Shown here piece after piece: positions 52,228 to 64,000 of a stretch of DNA of 64,000 nt (position 1 is its first letter; each line of letters begins with the position of its first letter). Position numbers and translations under genes: made by a program. The stretch comes from Bugula neritina (taxonomy: Eukaryota > Animalia > Bryozoa): contig OZ037770.1 in NCBI GenBank assembly GCA_964035545.1, positions 7,320,773-7,384,772 of the forward strand, in the 5' to 3' direction. Under the pieces are notes generated by a model. The model was given only the letters and a program-made list of their open reading frames with translations, was not told the DNA's origin and ran no database searches.

Positions 52228-53800
52228 ATTTCAGTATGTTGCAGTATATTTCAATGTGTTGCAGCATATTTAAGTATTTTCCGAATGTTTCAGTATGTTG
52301 CAGCATATTTCAATGTGTTGCAGTGTATTTCAATATGTTACAGTGTATTTCAGTATGTTGCGGTCTATTTCAGTATGTTACAGCGTATTTCATGTGTGTT
52401 GCAGTATGTTGCAGTATATTTCAGTATGTTACAGTATATTTCAGTATGTTACAGTACATTTCCGTATATTACACTATATTTCAGTGAGTTGAGGTGTATT
52501 TCAGTGTGCTAGAGCATATTTCAGTATGGTGCAGTGTTTTTCAATGTGTTACAGTATATTTCAGTACATTACCGTATATTTAGGTATGTTGCTGTTTATT
52601 CCAATGTGTTGCAGTGTATTTCATTATGTTACAGTGTATTTCAGTATGTTGCAGCATGTTGCAGAATATTTCAGTATGTTGCAGTGTATTTCAGTATGTT
52701 GCAGTATGTTTCAGTATGTTACAACATAATTCAGTATTTTGCCGTACATTTCAGTGTGTTACAGTATATTTCGGTATGTTACAGTATGTTTCGGTATGTT
52801 CCAGTATATTTCAGTATGTTTCAGTATGTTTCAGTGTGTTGCAGTATATTTCACTGTGTTGCAGTGTATTTCAGTATGTTGCAGTGTGATTCAGTATGTT
52901 ACAGTATATTTCAGTATGTTGTCATATGTTTCAGTATTTTACAGTACATTTCTGTATACTACAGTATACTTCAGTGTGTTGCAGTGTATTTCAGTATGTT
53001 GCAGTATGTTGCAGTGTAATTCAGTATGTTCCAGTGTGTTTCAGTATGTTGCAGTATTATTCAGCATGCTGCAGTACATTTCAGTATGTTGACATATGTT
53101 TCAGTATGTTACAGTACATTTCTGTATACTACAATATACTTCAGTGTGTTACAGTGTCTTTCAGTATGTTGCAGTATGTTGCAGTGTAATTCAGTATATT
53201 ACAGTGTATTTAAGTATGTTGCAGTCTATTTCAGTATGTTACAGTGTATTTAAGTATGTCGCAGTATGTTGCAGTATATTTCAGTATGTTACAGTGTATT
53301 TCGGTATGTTGCAGTATATTTTAGTAGTTTGCAACATAATTCAGTATGTTACCATAAATTTCGGTTTGTTGCAGTATATTTCAGTATGTTCCAGTACATT
53401 TCAGTATGTTGCCGTATGTTTCAGTATGTTACAGGACGTTTCTGTATATTACAGTATACTTCAGTGTGTTGCAGTGTATTTCAGTATGTTGCAGTATGTT
53501 GCAGTGTAATTCAGTATGTTACAGTGTATTTCAGTATGTTGCAGTACATTTCAGCATGCTGCAGTGCATTTCAGTATGTTGACGTATGTTTCAGTATGTT
53601 ACAGTACATGTCCGTATATAACGATATACTTCGATTTGTTGCAGTATATTTCAGTATGTTGCAGTATGTTTCAGTGTGTTGCAGTGTGATTCAATATGTT
53701 ACAGTGTATTTCAGTATGCTACAGCATATTTCACTATGTTGCAGTATATTTCAATGTTTCGCAGTATATTTCAGTATGTTTCAGTGTATTTCAGTATGTT
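52228..53800 (+). repeat. Satellite A array, block 3 (final block before the satellite switch)
   Basis: Same monomers. Continues the module order seen from 37371 onward (landmark 'tttaagtattttccgaatg'; ORF offset 14858 for 37668/52526 and 37881/52739). Confidence 0.99.
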
Positions 53801-56800
53801 TTTAGCATATTTAGGCACTTTTTAGCACATTGAGGCACTTTTTAGCACATTTAGGCACTTTTTAGCACATTTAGCCACTTTTCAGCGCATTTAGCCACTT
53901 TTAGCACATTTAAGCACTTTTTAGCACATTTGAGCACTTTTCAGCACATTTCGGGACTTTTTAGCACAATTAGGCACTTTTTAGCACATTTAGGCCCTTT
54001 TAGCATATTTAGGCACATTTAGGCACTATTAGCACATTTAAGCACTCTTTAGCACATATAGGCACTTTTAGGCACCTTTTAGCACATTTAGGCCCTTTCA
54101 GCACATTTAGGCATATTAAGACAGTATTAGCACATTTAGGCACTTTTCAGCACATTTAGGCACTTTTATCACACTTAAGCACATGTAGGCACTCTTTAGC
54201 ACATTTAGGCACTTTTAGGCACTTTTTAGCACATTTAGGCACTTTTAAGCACTTTTAGGCACTTTTAGCACATTTAGGCACATTTAGGCAATCATTAGCC
54301 CAATTAGGCACATTTAGGCACTTTTTAGCACATTTAGGCACTTTTAGGCACTTTTTAGCACATTTAGGCCCTTTCAGCACATTTAGGCACATTAAGACAC
54401 TATTAGCACATTTAGGCACTTTCATCACACTTAAGCACATTTAGGCACTCTTTAGCACATTTAGGCACTTTTAGGCACTTTTTAGCACATTTAGGCACTT
54501 TTAAGCATTTTTAGGCACTTTTAGCACATTTAGGCACATTTAGGCAATCTTTAGCCCAATTAGGCACATTTAGGCACTTTTTAGCGCATTTAGGCACTTT
54601 TAGGCACTTTTTAGCACATTTAGGCCCTTTCAGCACATTTAGGCACATTAAGACACTATTAGCACATTTAGGCACTGTCATCACACTTAAGCACATTTAG
54701 GCACTCTTTAGCACATTTAGGCACTTTTAGGCACATTTTAGCACATTTAGGCACTTTCAGGCACTTTTAGGCACTTTTAGCACATTTAGGCACATTTAGG
54801 CACTCTTTAGCCCATTTAGGCACATTTAGGCACTTTTTAGCATATTGATGCACATTTAGGCACCATTAGCATATTTAGGCACTTTTTAGCCCATTTAGGC
54901 ACTTCTTAGCACATTTAGTCACTTTTTATCACATTTAGGCACTTTTAGCACATTTAGACACGTTTAGGCACTTTTTAGCACATTTGGGCGCTTTTTAGCA
55001 CATTTAGGCGCTTTTAGCACATTTAGGCACATTTAGGCACTTTTTAGCACATTTAGGCACTTTTTAGCACATTTGGGCACTTTTCAGCACATTTAGGCAC
55101 TTTTAGCACTTTTAGGCACTTTTAGGCACTTTTTAGCACATTTAAGCATTTTTTAGCACATTTAGGCACTTTTAGCACATTTAGGCACATTTAGCCACTA
55201 TTAGCACATTTAAGCACTCTTTAGCACATATAGGCACTTTTAGGCACCTTTTAGCACATTTAGGCCCTTTCAGCACATTTAGGCATATTAAGACACTATT
55301 AGCACATTTAGGCACTTTTCAGCACATTTAGGCACTTTTAGCACACTTAAGCACATGTAGGCACTCTTTAGCACATTTAGGCACTTTTAGCACATTTAGG
55401 CACATTTAGGCACTTTTTAGCACATTTGGGCACTTTTCAGCACATTTAGACACGTTTAGGCACTTTTTATCACATTTGGGCACTTTTCAGCACATTTAGG
55501 CGCTTTTAGCACATTTAGGCACATTTAGGCACTTTTTAGCACATTTGGGCACTTCAGCACATTCAGGCACTTTTAGAACATTTAGGCACATTTGGGCACT
55601 ATAAGCACATTTAGGCACTTTTAGGCACTTTTGAGCACATTTAGGCACTCTTAGGCACTTTTCAGCACATGTAGGCCCTTTTAGCATATTTAGGCACATT
55701 TAGGCACTATTAGCACATTTAAGCACTCTTTAGCACATATAGGAACTTTTAGGCACCTTTTAGCACATTTAGGCCCTTTCAGCACATTTAGGCATATTAA
55801 GACACTATTAGCACATTTAGGCACTTTTCAGCACATTTGGGCACTTTTAGCACTTTTAGCACATTGAGGCACTTTTTAGCACATTTAGGCACTTTTAGGC
55901 ACTTTTCAGCTCATTTAGGCTTTTTTAGCACATTTGGGCACTTTTTATCACATTTAGGCACTTTTAGCACATTTAGGCACATTTAGGCACTTTTTAGCAC
56001 ATTTTGGCACTTTTAGCACATTTAGGCACATTTAGGCACTTTTTAGCACATTTAGGCACTTTTAGGCACTTTTCAGCTCATTTAGGCTTTTTTAGCACAT
56101 TTGGGCACTTTTTATCACATTTAGGCACTTTTAGCACATTTAGACACGTTTAGGCACTTTTTAGCACATTTGGGCACTTTTCAGCACATTTAGGCGCTTT
56201 TAGCACATTTAGGCACATTTAGGCACTTTTTAGCACGTTTAGGCACTTTTTAGCACATTTGGGCACTTTTCAGCACATTTAGGCACTTTTAGCACATTTA
56301 GGCACATTTAGGCACTTTTTAGCACATTTGGCACTTTTAGCACATTTAGGCACATTTAGGCACTTTTTAGCACATTTAGGCACTTTTAGGCACTTTTCAG
56401 CTCATTTAGGCTTTTTTAGCACATTTGGGCACTTTTTATCACATTTAGGCACTTTTAGCACATTTAGACACGTTTAGGCACTTTTTAGCACATTTGGGCA
56501 CTTTTTAGCACATTTAGGCGCTTTTAGCACATTTAGGCACATTTAGGCACTTTTTAGCACATTTAGGCACTTTTTAGCACATTTGGGCACTTTTCAGCAC
56601 ATTTAGGCACTTTTAGCACATTTAGGCACTTTTAGGCACTTTTTAGCACATTTAAGCATTTTTTAGCACATATAGGCACTTTTAGGCATCTTTTAGCACA
56701 TTTAGGCCCTTTCAGCACATTTAGGCATATTAAGACACTATTAGCACATTTAGGCACTTTTCAGCACATTTAGGCACTTTTAGCACACTTAAGCACATGT

Positions 56801-59800
56801 AGGCACTCTTTAGCACATTTAGGCACATTTAGGCATTTTTTAGCACATTTGGGCACTTTTCAGCACATTTAGACACGTTTAGGCACTTTTTAGCACATTT
56901 GGGCACTTTTCAGCACATTTAGGCGGTTTTAGCACATTTAGGCACTATAAGCACATTTAGGCACTTTCATCACACTTAAGCACATTTAGGCACTCTTTAG
57001 CACATTTAGGCACTTTTAGGCACTTTTTAGCACATTTAGGCACTTTTAAGCACTTTTAGGCACTTTTAGCACATTTAGGCACATTTAGGCAATCTTTAGC
57101 CCAATTAGGCACATTTAGGCACTTTTTAGCGCATTTAGGCACTTTTAGGCACTTTTTAGCACATTTAGGCCCTTTCAGCACATTTAGGCACATTAAGACA
57201 CTATTAGCACATTTAGGCACTGTCATCACACTTAAGCACATTTAGGCACTCTTTAGCACATTTAGGCACTTTTAGGCACATTTTAGCACATTTAGGCACT
57301 TTCAGGCACTTTTAGGCACTTTTAGCACATTTAGGCACATTTAGGCACTCTTTAGCCCATTTAGGCACATTTAGGCACTTTTTAGCATATTGATGCACAT
57401 TTAGGCACCATTAGCATATTTAGGCACTTTTTAGCCCATTTAGGCACTTCTTAGCACATTTAGTCACTTTTTATCACATTTAGGCACTTTTAGCACATTT
57501 AGACACGTTTAGGCACTTTTTAGCACATTTGGGCGCTTTTTAGCACATTTAGGCGCTTTTAGCACATTTAGGCACATTTAGGCACTTTTTAGCACATTTA
57601 GGCACTTTTTAGCACATTTAAGCACTTTTAAGCATTTTTAGGCACTTTTAGCACATTTAGGCACATTTAGGCAATCTTTAGCCCAATTAGGCACATTTAG
57701 GCACTTTTTAGCGCATTTAGGCACTTTTAGGCACTTTTCAGCACATGTAGGCCCTTTTAGCATATTTAGGCACATTTAGGCACTATTAGCACATTTAAGC
57801 ACTCTTTAGCACATATAGGAACTTTTAGGCACCTTTTAGCACATTTAGGCCCTTTCAGCACATTTAGGCATATTAAGACACTATTAGCACATTTAGGCAC
57901 TTTTCAGCACATTTGGGCACTTTTAGCACTTTTAGCACATTGAGGCACTTTTTAGCACATTTAGGCACTTTTAGGCACTTTTCAGCTCATTTAGGCTTTT
58001 TTAGCACATTTGGGCACTTTTTATCACATTTAGGCACTTTTAGCACATTTAGGCACATTTAGGCACTTTTTAGCACATTTTGGCACTTTTAGCACATTTA
58101 GGCACATTTAGGCACTTTTTAGCACATTTAGGCACTTTTAGGCACTTTTCAGCTCATTTAGGCTTTTTTAGCACATTTGGGCACTTTTTTATCACATTTA
58201 GGCACTTTTAGCACATTTAGACACGTTTAGGCACTTTTTAGCACATTTGGGCACTTTTCAGCACATTTAGGCGCTTTTAGCACATTTAGGCACATTTAGG
58301 CACTTTTTAGCACGTTTAGGCACTTTTTAGCACATTTGGGCACTTTTCAGCACATTTAGGCACTTTTAGCACATTTAGGCACATTTAGGCACTTTTTAGC
58401 ACTATTTTGGCACTTTTAGCACATTTAGGCACATTTAGGCACTTTTTAGCACATTTAGGCACTTTTAGGCACTTTTCAGCTCATTTAGGCTTTTTTAGCA
58501 CATTTGGGCACTTTTTATCACATTTAGGCACTTTTAGCACATTTAGACACGTTTAGGCACTTTTTAGCACATTTGGGCACTTTTTAGCACATTTAGGCGC
58601 TTTTAGCACATTTAGGCACATTTAGGCACTTTTTAGCACATTTAGGCACTTTTTAGCACATTTGGGCACTTTTCAGCACATTTAGGCACTTTTAGCACAT
58701 TTAGGCACTTTTAGGCACTTTTTAGCACATTTAAGCATTTTTTAGCACATATAGGCACTTTTAGGCATCTTTTAGCACATTTAGGCCCTTTCAGCACATT
58801 TAGGCATATTAAGACACTATTAGCACATTTAGGCACTTTTCAGCACATTTAGGCACTTTTAGCACACTTAAGCACATGTAGGGCACTCTTTAGCACATTT
58901 AGGGCACATTTAGGCATTTTTTAGCACATTTGGGCACTTTTCAGCACATTTAGACACGTTTAGGCACTTTTTAGCACATTTGGGCACTTTTCAGCACATT
59001 TAGGGCGGTTTTAGCACATTTAGGCACTATAAGCACATTTAGGCACTTTCCATCACACTTAAGCACATTTAGGCACTCTTTAGCACATTTAGGCACTTTT
59101 AGGCACTTTTTAGCACATTTAGGCACTTTTAAGCACTTTTAGGCACTTTTAGCACATTTAGGCACATTTAGGCAATCTTTAGCCCAATTAGGCACATTTA
59201 GGCACTTTTTAGCGCATTTAGGCACTTTTAGGCACTTTTTAGCACATTTAGGCCCTTTCAGCACATTTAGGCACATTAAGACACTATTAGCACATTTAGG
59301 CACTGTCATCACACTTAAGCACATTTAGGCACTCTTTAGCACATTTAGGCACTTTTAGGCACATTTTAGCACATTTAGGCACTTTCAGGCACTTTTAGGC
59401 ACTTTTAGCACATTTAGGCACATTTAGGCACTCTTTAGCCCATTTAGGCACATTTAGGCACTTTTTAGCATATTGATGCACATTTAGGCACCATTAGCAT
59501 ATTTAGGCACTTTTTAGCCATTTAGGCACTTCTTAGCACATTTAGTCACTTTTTATCACATTTAGGCACTTTTAGCACATTTAGACACGTTTAGGCACTT
59601 TTTAGCACATTTGGGCGCTTTTTAGCACATTTAGGCGCTTTTAGCACATTTAGGCACATTTAGGCACTTTTTAGCACATTTAGGCACTTTTTAGCACATT
59701 TGGGCACTTTTCAGCACATTTAGGCACTTTTAGCACATTTAGGCTTTTTTAGGCACTTTTTAGCACATTTAAGCATTTTTTAGCACATTTAGGCACTTTT

Positions 59801-62800
59801 AGCACATTTAGGCACATTTAGGCACTATTAGCACATTTAAGCACTCTTTAGCACATATAGGCACTTTTAGGCACCTTTTAGCACATTTAGGCCCTTTCAG
59901 CACATTTAGGCATATTAAGACACTATTAGCACATTTAGGCACTTTCATCACACTTAAGCACATTTAGGCACTCTTTAGCACATTTAGGCACTTTTAGGCA
60001 CTTTTTAGCACATTTAGGCACTTTTAAGCACTTTTAGGCACTTTTAGCACATTTAGGCACATTTAGGCAATCTTTAGCCCAATTAGGCACATTTAGGCAC
60101 TTTTTAGCGCATTTAGGCACTTTTAGGCACTTTTTAGCACATTTAGGCCCTTTCAGCACATTTAGGCACTTTTAGCACACTTAAGCACATGTAGGCACTC
60201 TTTAGCACATTTAGGCACTTTTAGCAACATTTAGGCACATTTAGGCACTTTTTAGCACATTTGGGCACTTTTCAGCACATTTAGACACGTTTAGGCACTT
60301 TTATCACATTTGGGCACTTTTCAGCACATTTAGGCGCTTTTAGCACATTTAGGCACATTTAGGCACTTTTTAGCACATTTGGGCACTTCAGCACATTCAG
60401 GCACTTTTAGAACATTTAGGCACATTTGGGCACTATAAGCACATTTAGGCACTTTTAGGCACTTTTGAGCACATTTAGGCACTCTTAGGCACTTTTCAGC
60501 ACATGTAGGCCCTTTTAGCATATTTAGGCACATTTAGGCACTATTAGCACATTTAAGCACTCTTTAGCACATATAGGAACTTTTAGGCACCTTTTAGCAC
60601 ATTTAGGCCCTTTCAGCACATTTAGGCATATTAAGACACTATTAGCACATTTAGGCACTTTTCAGCACATTTGGGCACTTTTAGCACTTTTAGCACATTG
60701 AGGCACTTTTTAGCACATTTAGGCACTTTTAGGCACTTTTCAGCTCATTTAGGCTTTTTCAGCACATTTGGGCACTTTTTATCACATTTAGGCACTTTTA
60801 GCACATTTAGGCACATTTAGGCACTTTTTAGCACATTTTGGCACTTTTAGCACATTTAGCACATTTAGGCACTTTTTAGCACATTTAGGCACTTTTAGGC
60901 ACTTTTCAGCTCATTTAGGCTTTTTTAGCACATTTGGGCACTTTTTATCACATTTAGGCACTTTTAGCACATTTAGACACGTTTAGGCACTTTTTAGCAC
61001 ATTTGGGCACTTTTTAGCACATTTAGGCGCTTTTAGCACATTTAGGCACATTTAGGCACTTTTTAGCACGTTTAGCACTTTTTAGCACATTTGGGCACTT
61101 TTCAGCACATTTAGGCACTTTTAGCACATTTAGGCACATTTAGGCACTTTTTAGCACATTTTGGCACTTTTAGCACATTTAGGCACATTTAGGCACTTTT
61201 TAGCACATTTAGGCACTTTTAGGCACTTTTCAGCTCATTTAGGCTTTTTTAGCACATTTGGGCACTTTTTATCACATTTAGGCACTTTTAGCACATTTAG
61301 ACACGTTTAGGCACTTTTTAGCACATTTGGGCACTTTTTAGCACATTTAGGCGCTTTTAGCACATTTAGGCACATTTAGGCACTTTTTAGCACATTTAGG
61401 CACTTTTTAGCACATTTGGGCACTTTTCAGCACATTTAGGCACTTTTAGCACATTTAGGCACTTTTAGGCACTTTTTAGCACATTTAAGCATTTTTTAGC
61501 ACATATAGGCACTTTTAGGCATCTTTTAGCACATTTAGGCCCTTTCAGCACATTTAGGCATATTAAGACACTATTAGCACATTTAGGCACTTTCAGCACA
61601 TTTAGGCACATTTAGGCACTTTCAGGCACTTTTAGGCACTTTTAGCACATTTAGGCACATTTAGGCACTCTTTAGCCCATTTAGGCACATTTAGGCACTT
61701 TTTAGCATATTGATGCACATTTAGGCACCATTAGCATATTTAGGCACTTTTTAGCCCATTTAGGCACTTCTTAGCACATTTAGTCACTTTTTATCACATT
61801 TAGGCACTTTTAGCACATTTAGACACGTTTAGCACTTTTTAGCACATTTGGGCGCTTTTTAGCACATTTAGGCGCTTTTAGCACATTTAGGCACATTTAG
61901 GCACTTTTTAGCACATTTAGGCACTTTTTAGCACATTTAAGCACTTTTAAGCATTTTTAGGCACTTTTAGCACATTTAGGCACATTTAGGCAATCTTTAG
62001 CCCAATTAGGCACATTTAGGCACTTTTTAGCGCATTTAGGCACTTTTAGGCACTTTTCAGCACATGTAGGCCCTTTTAGCATATTTAGGCACATTTAGGC
62101 ACTATTAGCACATTTAAGCACTCTTTAGCACATATAGGAACTTTTAGGCACCTTTTAGCACATTTAGGCCCTTTCAGCACATTTAGGCATATTAAGACAC
62201 TATTAGCACATTTAGGCACTTTTCAGCACATTTGGGCACTTTTAGCACTTTTAGCACATTGAGGCACTTTTTAGCACATTTAGGCACTTTTAGGCACTTT
62301 TCAGCTCATTTAGGCTTTTTTAGCACATTTGGGCACTTTTTATCACATTTAGGCACTTTTAGCACATTAGGCACATTTAGGCACTTTTTAGCACATTTTG
62401 GCACTTTTAGCACATTTAGGCACATTTAGGCACTTTTTAGCACATTTAGGCACTTTTAGGCACTTTTCAGCTCATTTAGGCTTTTTTAGCACATTTGGGC
62501 ACTTTTTATCACATTTAGGCACTTTAGCACATTTAGACACGTTTAGGCACTTTTTAGCACATTTGGGCACTTTTCAGCACATTTAGGCGCTTTTAGCACA
62601 TTTAGGCACATTTAGGCACTTTTTAGCACGTTTAGGCACTTTTTAGCACATTTGGGCACTTTTCAGCACATTTAGGCACTTTTAGCACATTTAGGCACAT
62701 TTAGGCACTTTTTAGCACATTTTGGCACTTTTAGCACATTTAGGCACATTTAGGCACTTTTTAGCACATTTAGGCACTTTTAGGCACTTTTCAGCTCATT

Positions 62801-64000
62801 TAGGCTTTTTTAGCACATTTGGGCACTTTTTATCACATTTAGGCACTTTTAGCACATTTAGACACGTTTAGGCACTTTTTTAGCACATTTGGGCACTTTT
62901 TAGCACATTTAGGCGCTTTTAGCACATTTAGGCACATTTAGGCACTTTTTAGCACATTTAGGCACTTTTTAGCACATTTGGGCACTTTTCAGCACATTTA
63001 GGCACTTTTAGCACATATAGGCACTTTTAGGCATCTTTTAGCACATTTAGGCCCTTTCAGCACATTTAGGCATATTAAGACACTATTAGCACATTTAGGC
63101 ACTTTTCAGCACATTTAGGCACTTTTAGCACACTTAAGCACATGTAGGCACTCTTTAGCACATTTAGGCACATTTAGGCATTTTTTAGCACATTTGGGCA
63201 CTTTTCAGCACATTTAGACACGTTTAGGCACTTTTTAGCACATTTGGGCACTTTTCAGCACATTTAGGCGGTTTTTAGCACATTTAGGCACTATAAGCAC
63301 ATTTAGGCACTTTCATCACACTTAAGCACATTTAGGCACTCTTTAGCACATTTAGGCACTTTTAGGCACTTTTTAGCACATTTAGGCACTTTTAAGCACT
63401 TTTAGGCACTTTTAGCACATTTAGGCACATTTAGGCAATCTTTAGCCCAATTAGGCACATTTAGGCACTTTTTAGCGCATTTAGGCACTTTTAGGCACTT
63501 TTTAGCACATTTAGGCCCTTTCAGCACATTTAGGCACATTAAGACACTATTAGCACATTTAGGCACTGTCATCACACTTAAGCACATTTAGGCACTCTTT
63601 AGCACATTTAGGCACTTTTAGGCACATTTTAGCACATTTAGGCACTTTCAGGCACTTTTAGGCACTTTTAGCACATTTAGGCACATTTAGGCACTCTTTA
63701 GCCCATTTAGGCACATTTAGGCACTTTTTAGCATATTGATGCACATTTAGGCACCATTAGCATATTTAGGCACTTTTTAGCCCATTTAGGCACTTCTTAG
63801 CACATTTAGTCACTTTTTATCACATTTAGGCACTTTTAGCACATTTAGACACGTTTAGGCACTTTTTAGCACATTTGGGCGCTTTTTAGCACATTTAGGC
63901 GCTTTTAGCACATTTAGGCACATTTAGGCACTTTTTAGCACATTTAGGCACTTTTTAGCACATTTAAGCACTTTTAAGCATTTTTAGGCACTTTTAGCAC
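53801..64000 (+). repeat. Satellite B array (9-10-bp monomers TTAGGCACAT / TTAGGCACTT / TTTAGCACAT, ~19-20-bp dimer) with ~2.0-2.5 kb higher-order repeat; continues beyond the right edge
   Basis: Continuous tandem units. The rare landmark 'attgatgcac' recurs at 54844, 57389, 59472, 61709 and 63735. Confidence 0.99.

Noticed and set aside
81-53805. Hundreds of + strand ORFs up to 347 aa rich in C/Y/V/S/Q/F (MLQYVAVCCS...)
   Set aside because: The main 10-bp units contain no stop codon on this strand, so all three frames give the same 10-aa repeat. ORFs overlap in every frame and end at random variant monomers. This is a satellite artefact, not a Cys-rich protein family.
58400-60240. Sporadic TTAGGG and other 1-nt variants in SatB (tagggcac, tttccatc, agcaacat)
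   Set aside because: These are isolated, mostly homopolymer-length changes absent from paralogous HOR copies and clustered locally. They are more likely consensus errors or slippage than telomere seeds; raw reads would be needed.
54255-63587. Short ORFs in SatB (KCLKVPKCA..., HLGTFRHFLA...)
   Set aside because: These are translations of the satellite, broken by frequent 9/10-bp unit frameshifts.
1-64000. CRISPR array, tRNA/rRNA genes or an autonomous transposase
   Set aside because: There is no repeat-unique spacer alternation, no recognisable structural RNA motif by eye, and no ORF above 100 aa outside the satellites.

Overview
This is eukaryotic heterochromatin-type DNA with no credible protein-coding gene. 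About 43 kb (1-22921, 28386-46964, 52228-53800) is a 10-bp-monomer satellite (SatA; CAGTATGTTG / CAGTATATTT / CAGTATGTTA / CAGTGTATTT) built from shuffled multi-hundred-bp modules and kb-scale duplications. It switches abruptly at about 53800 to a second ~10-bp satellite (SatB; TTAGGCAC(A/T)T / TTTAGCACAT) that contains the telomere-like hexamer TTAGGC and has a ~2.0-2.5 kb higher-order repeat. SatA is interrupted by two diverged, oppositely oriented copies of one ~5.3-5.5 kb non-autonomous DNA transposon (22922-28385 and 46965-52227). Both have CACAG...CTGTG termini, ~22-bp asymmetric TIRs and 2-bp target-site duplications (TG, AT), which best fits the animal EnSpm/CACTA (CMC) group. Empty-site paralogues of both insertions lie inside the window, so both insertions are younger than the local satellite duplications, although the two copies differ clearly from each other. 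Nearly all ORFs in the track are artefacts of the satellite periodicity. Identity figures come from by-eye alignment, and the organism cannot be identified from this window.
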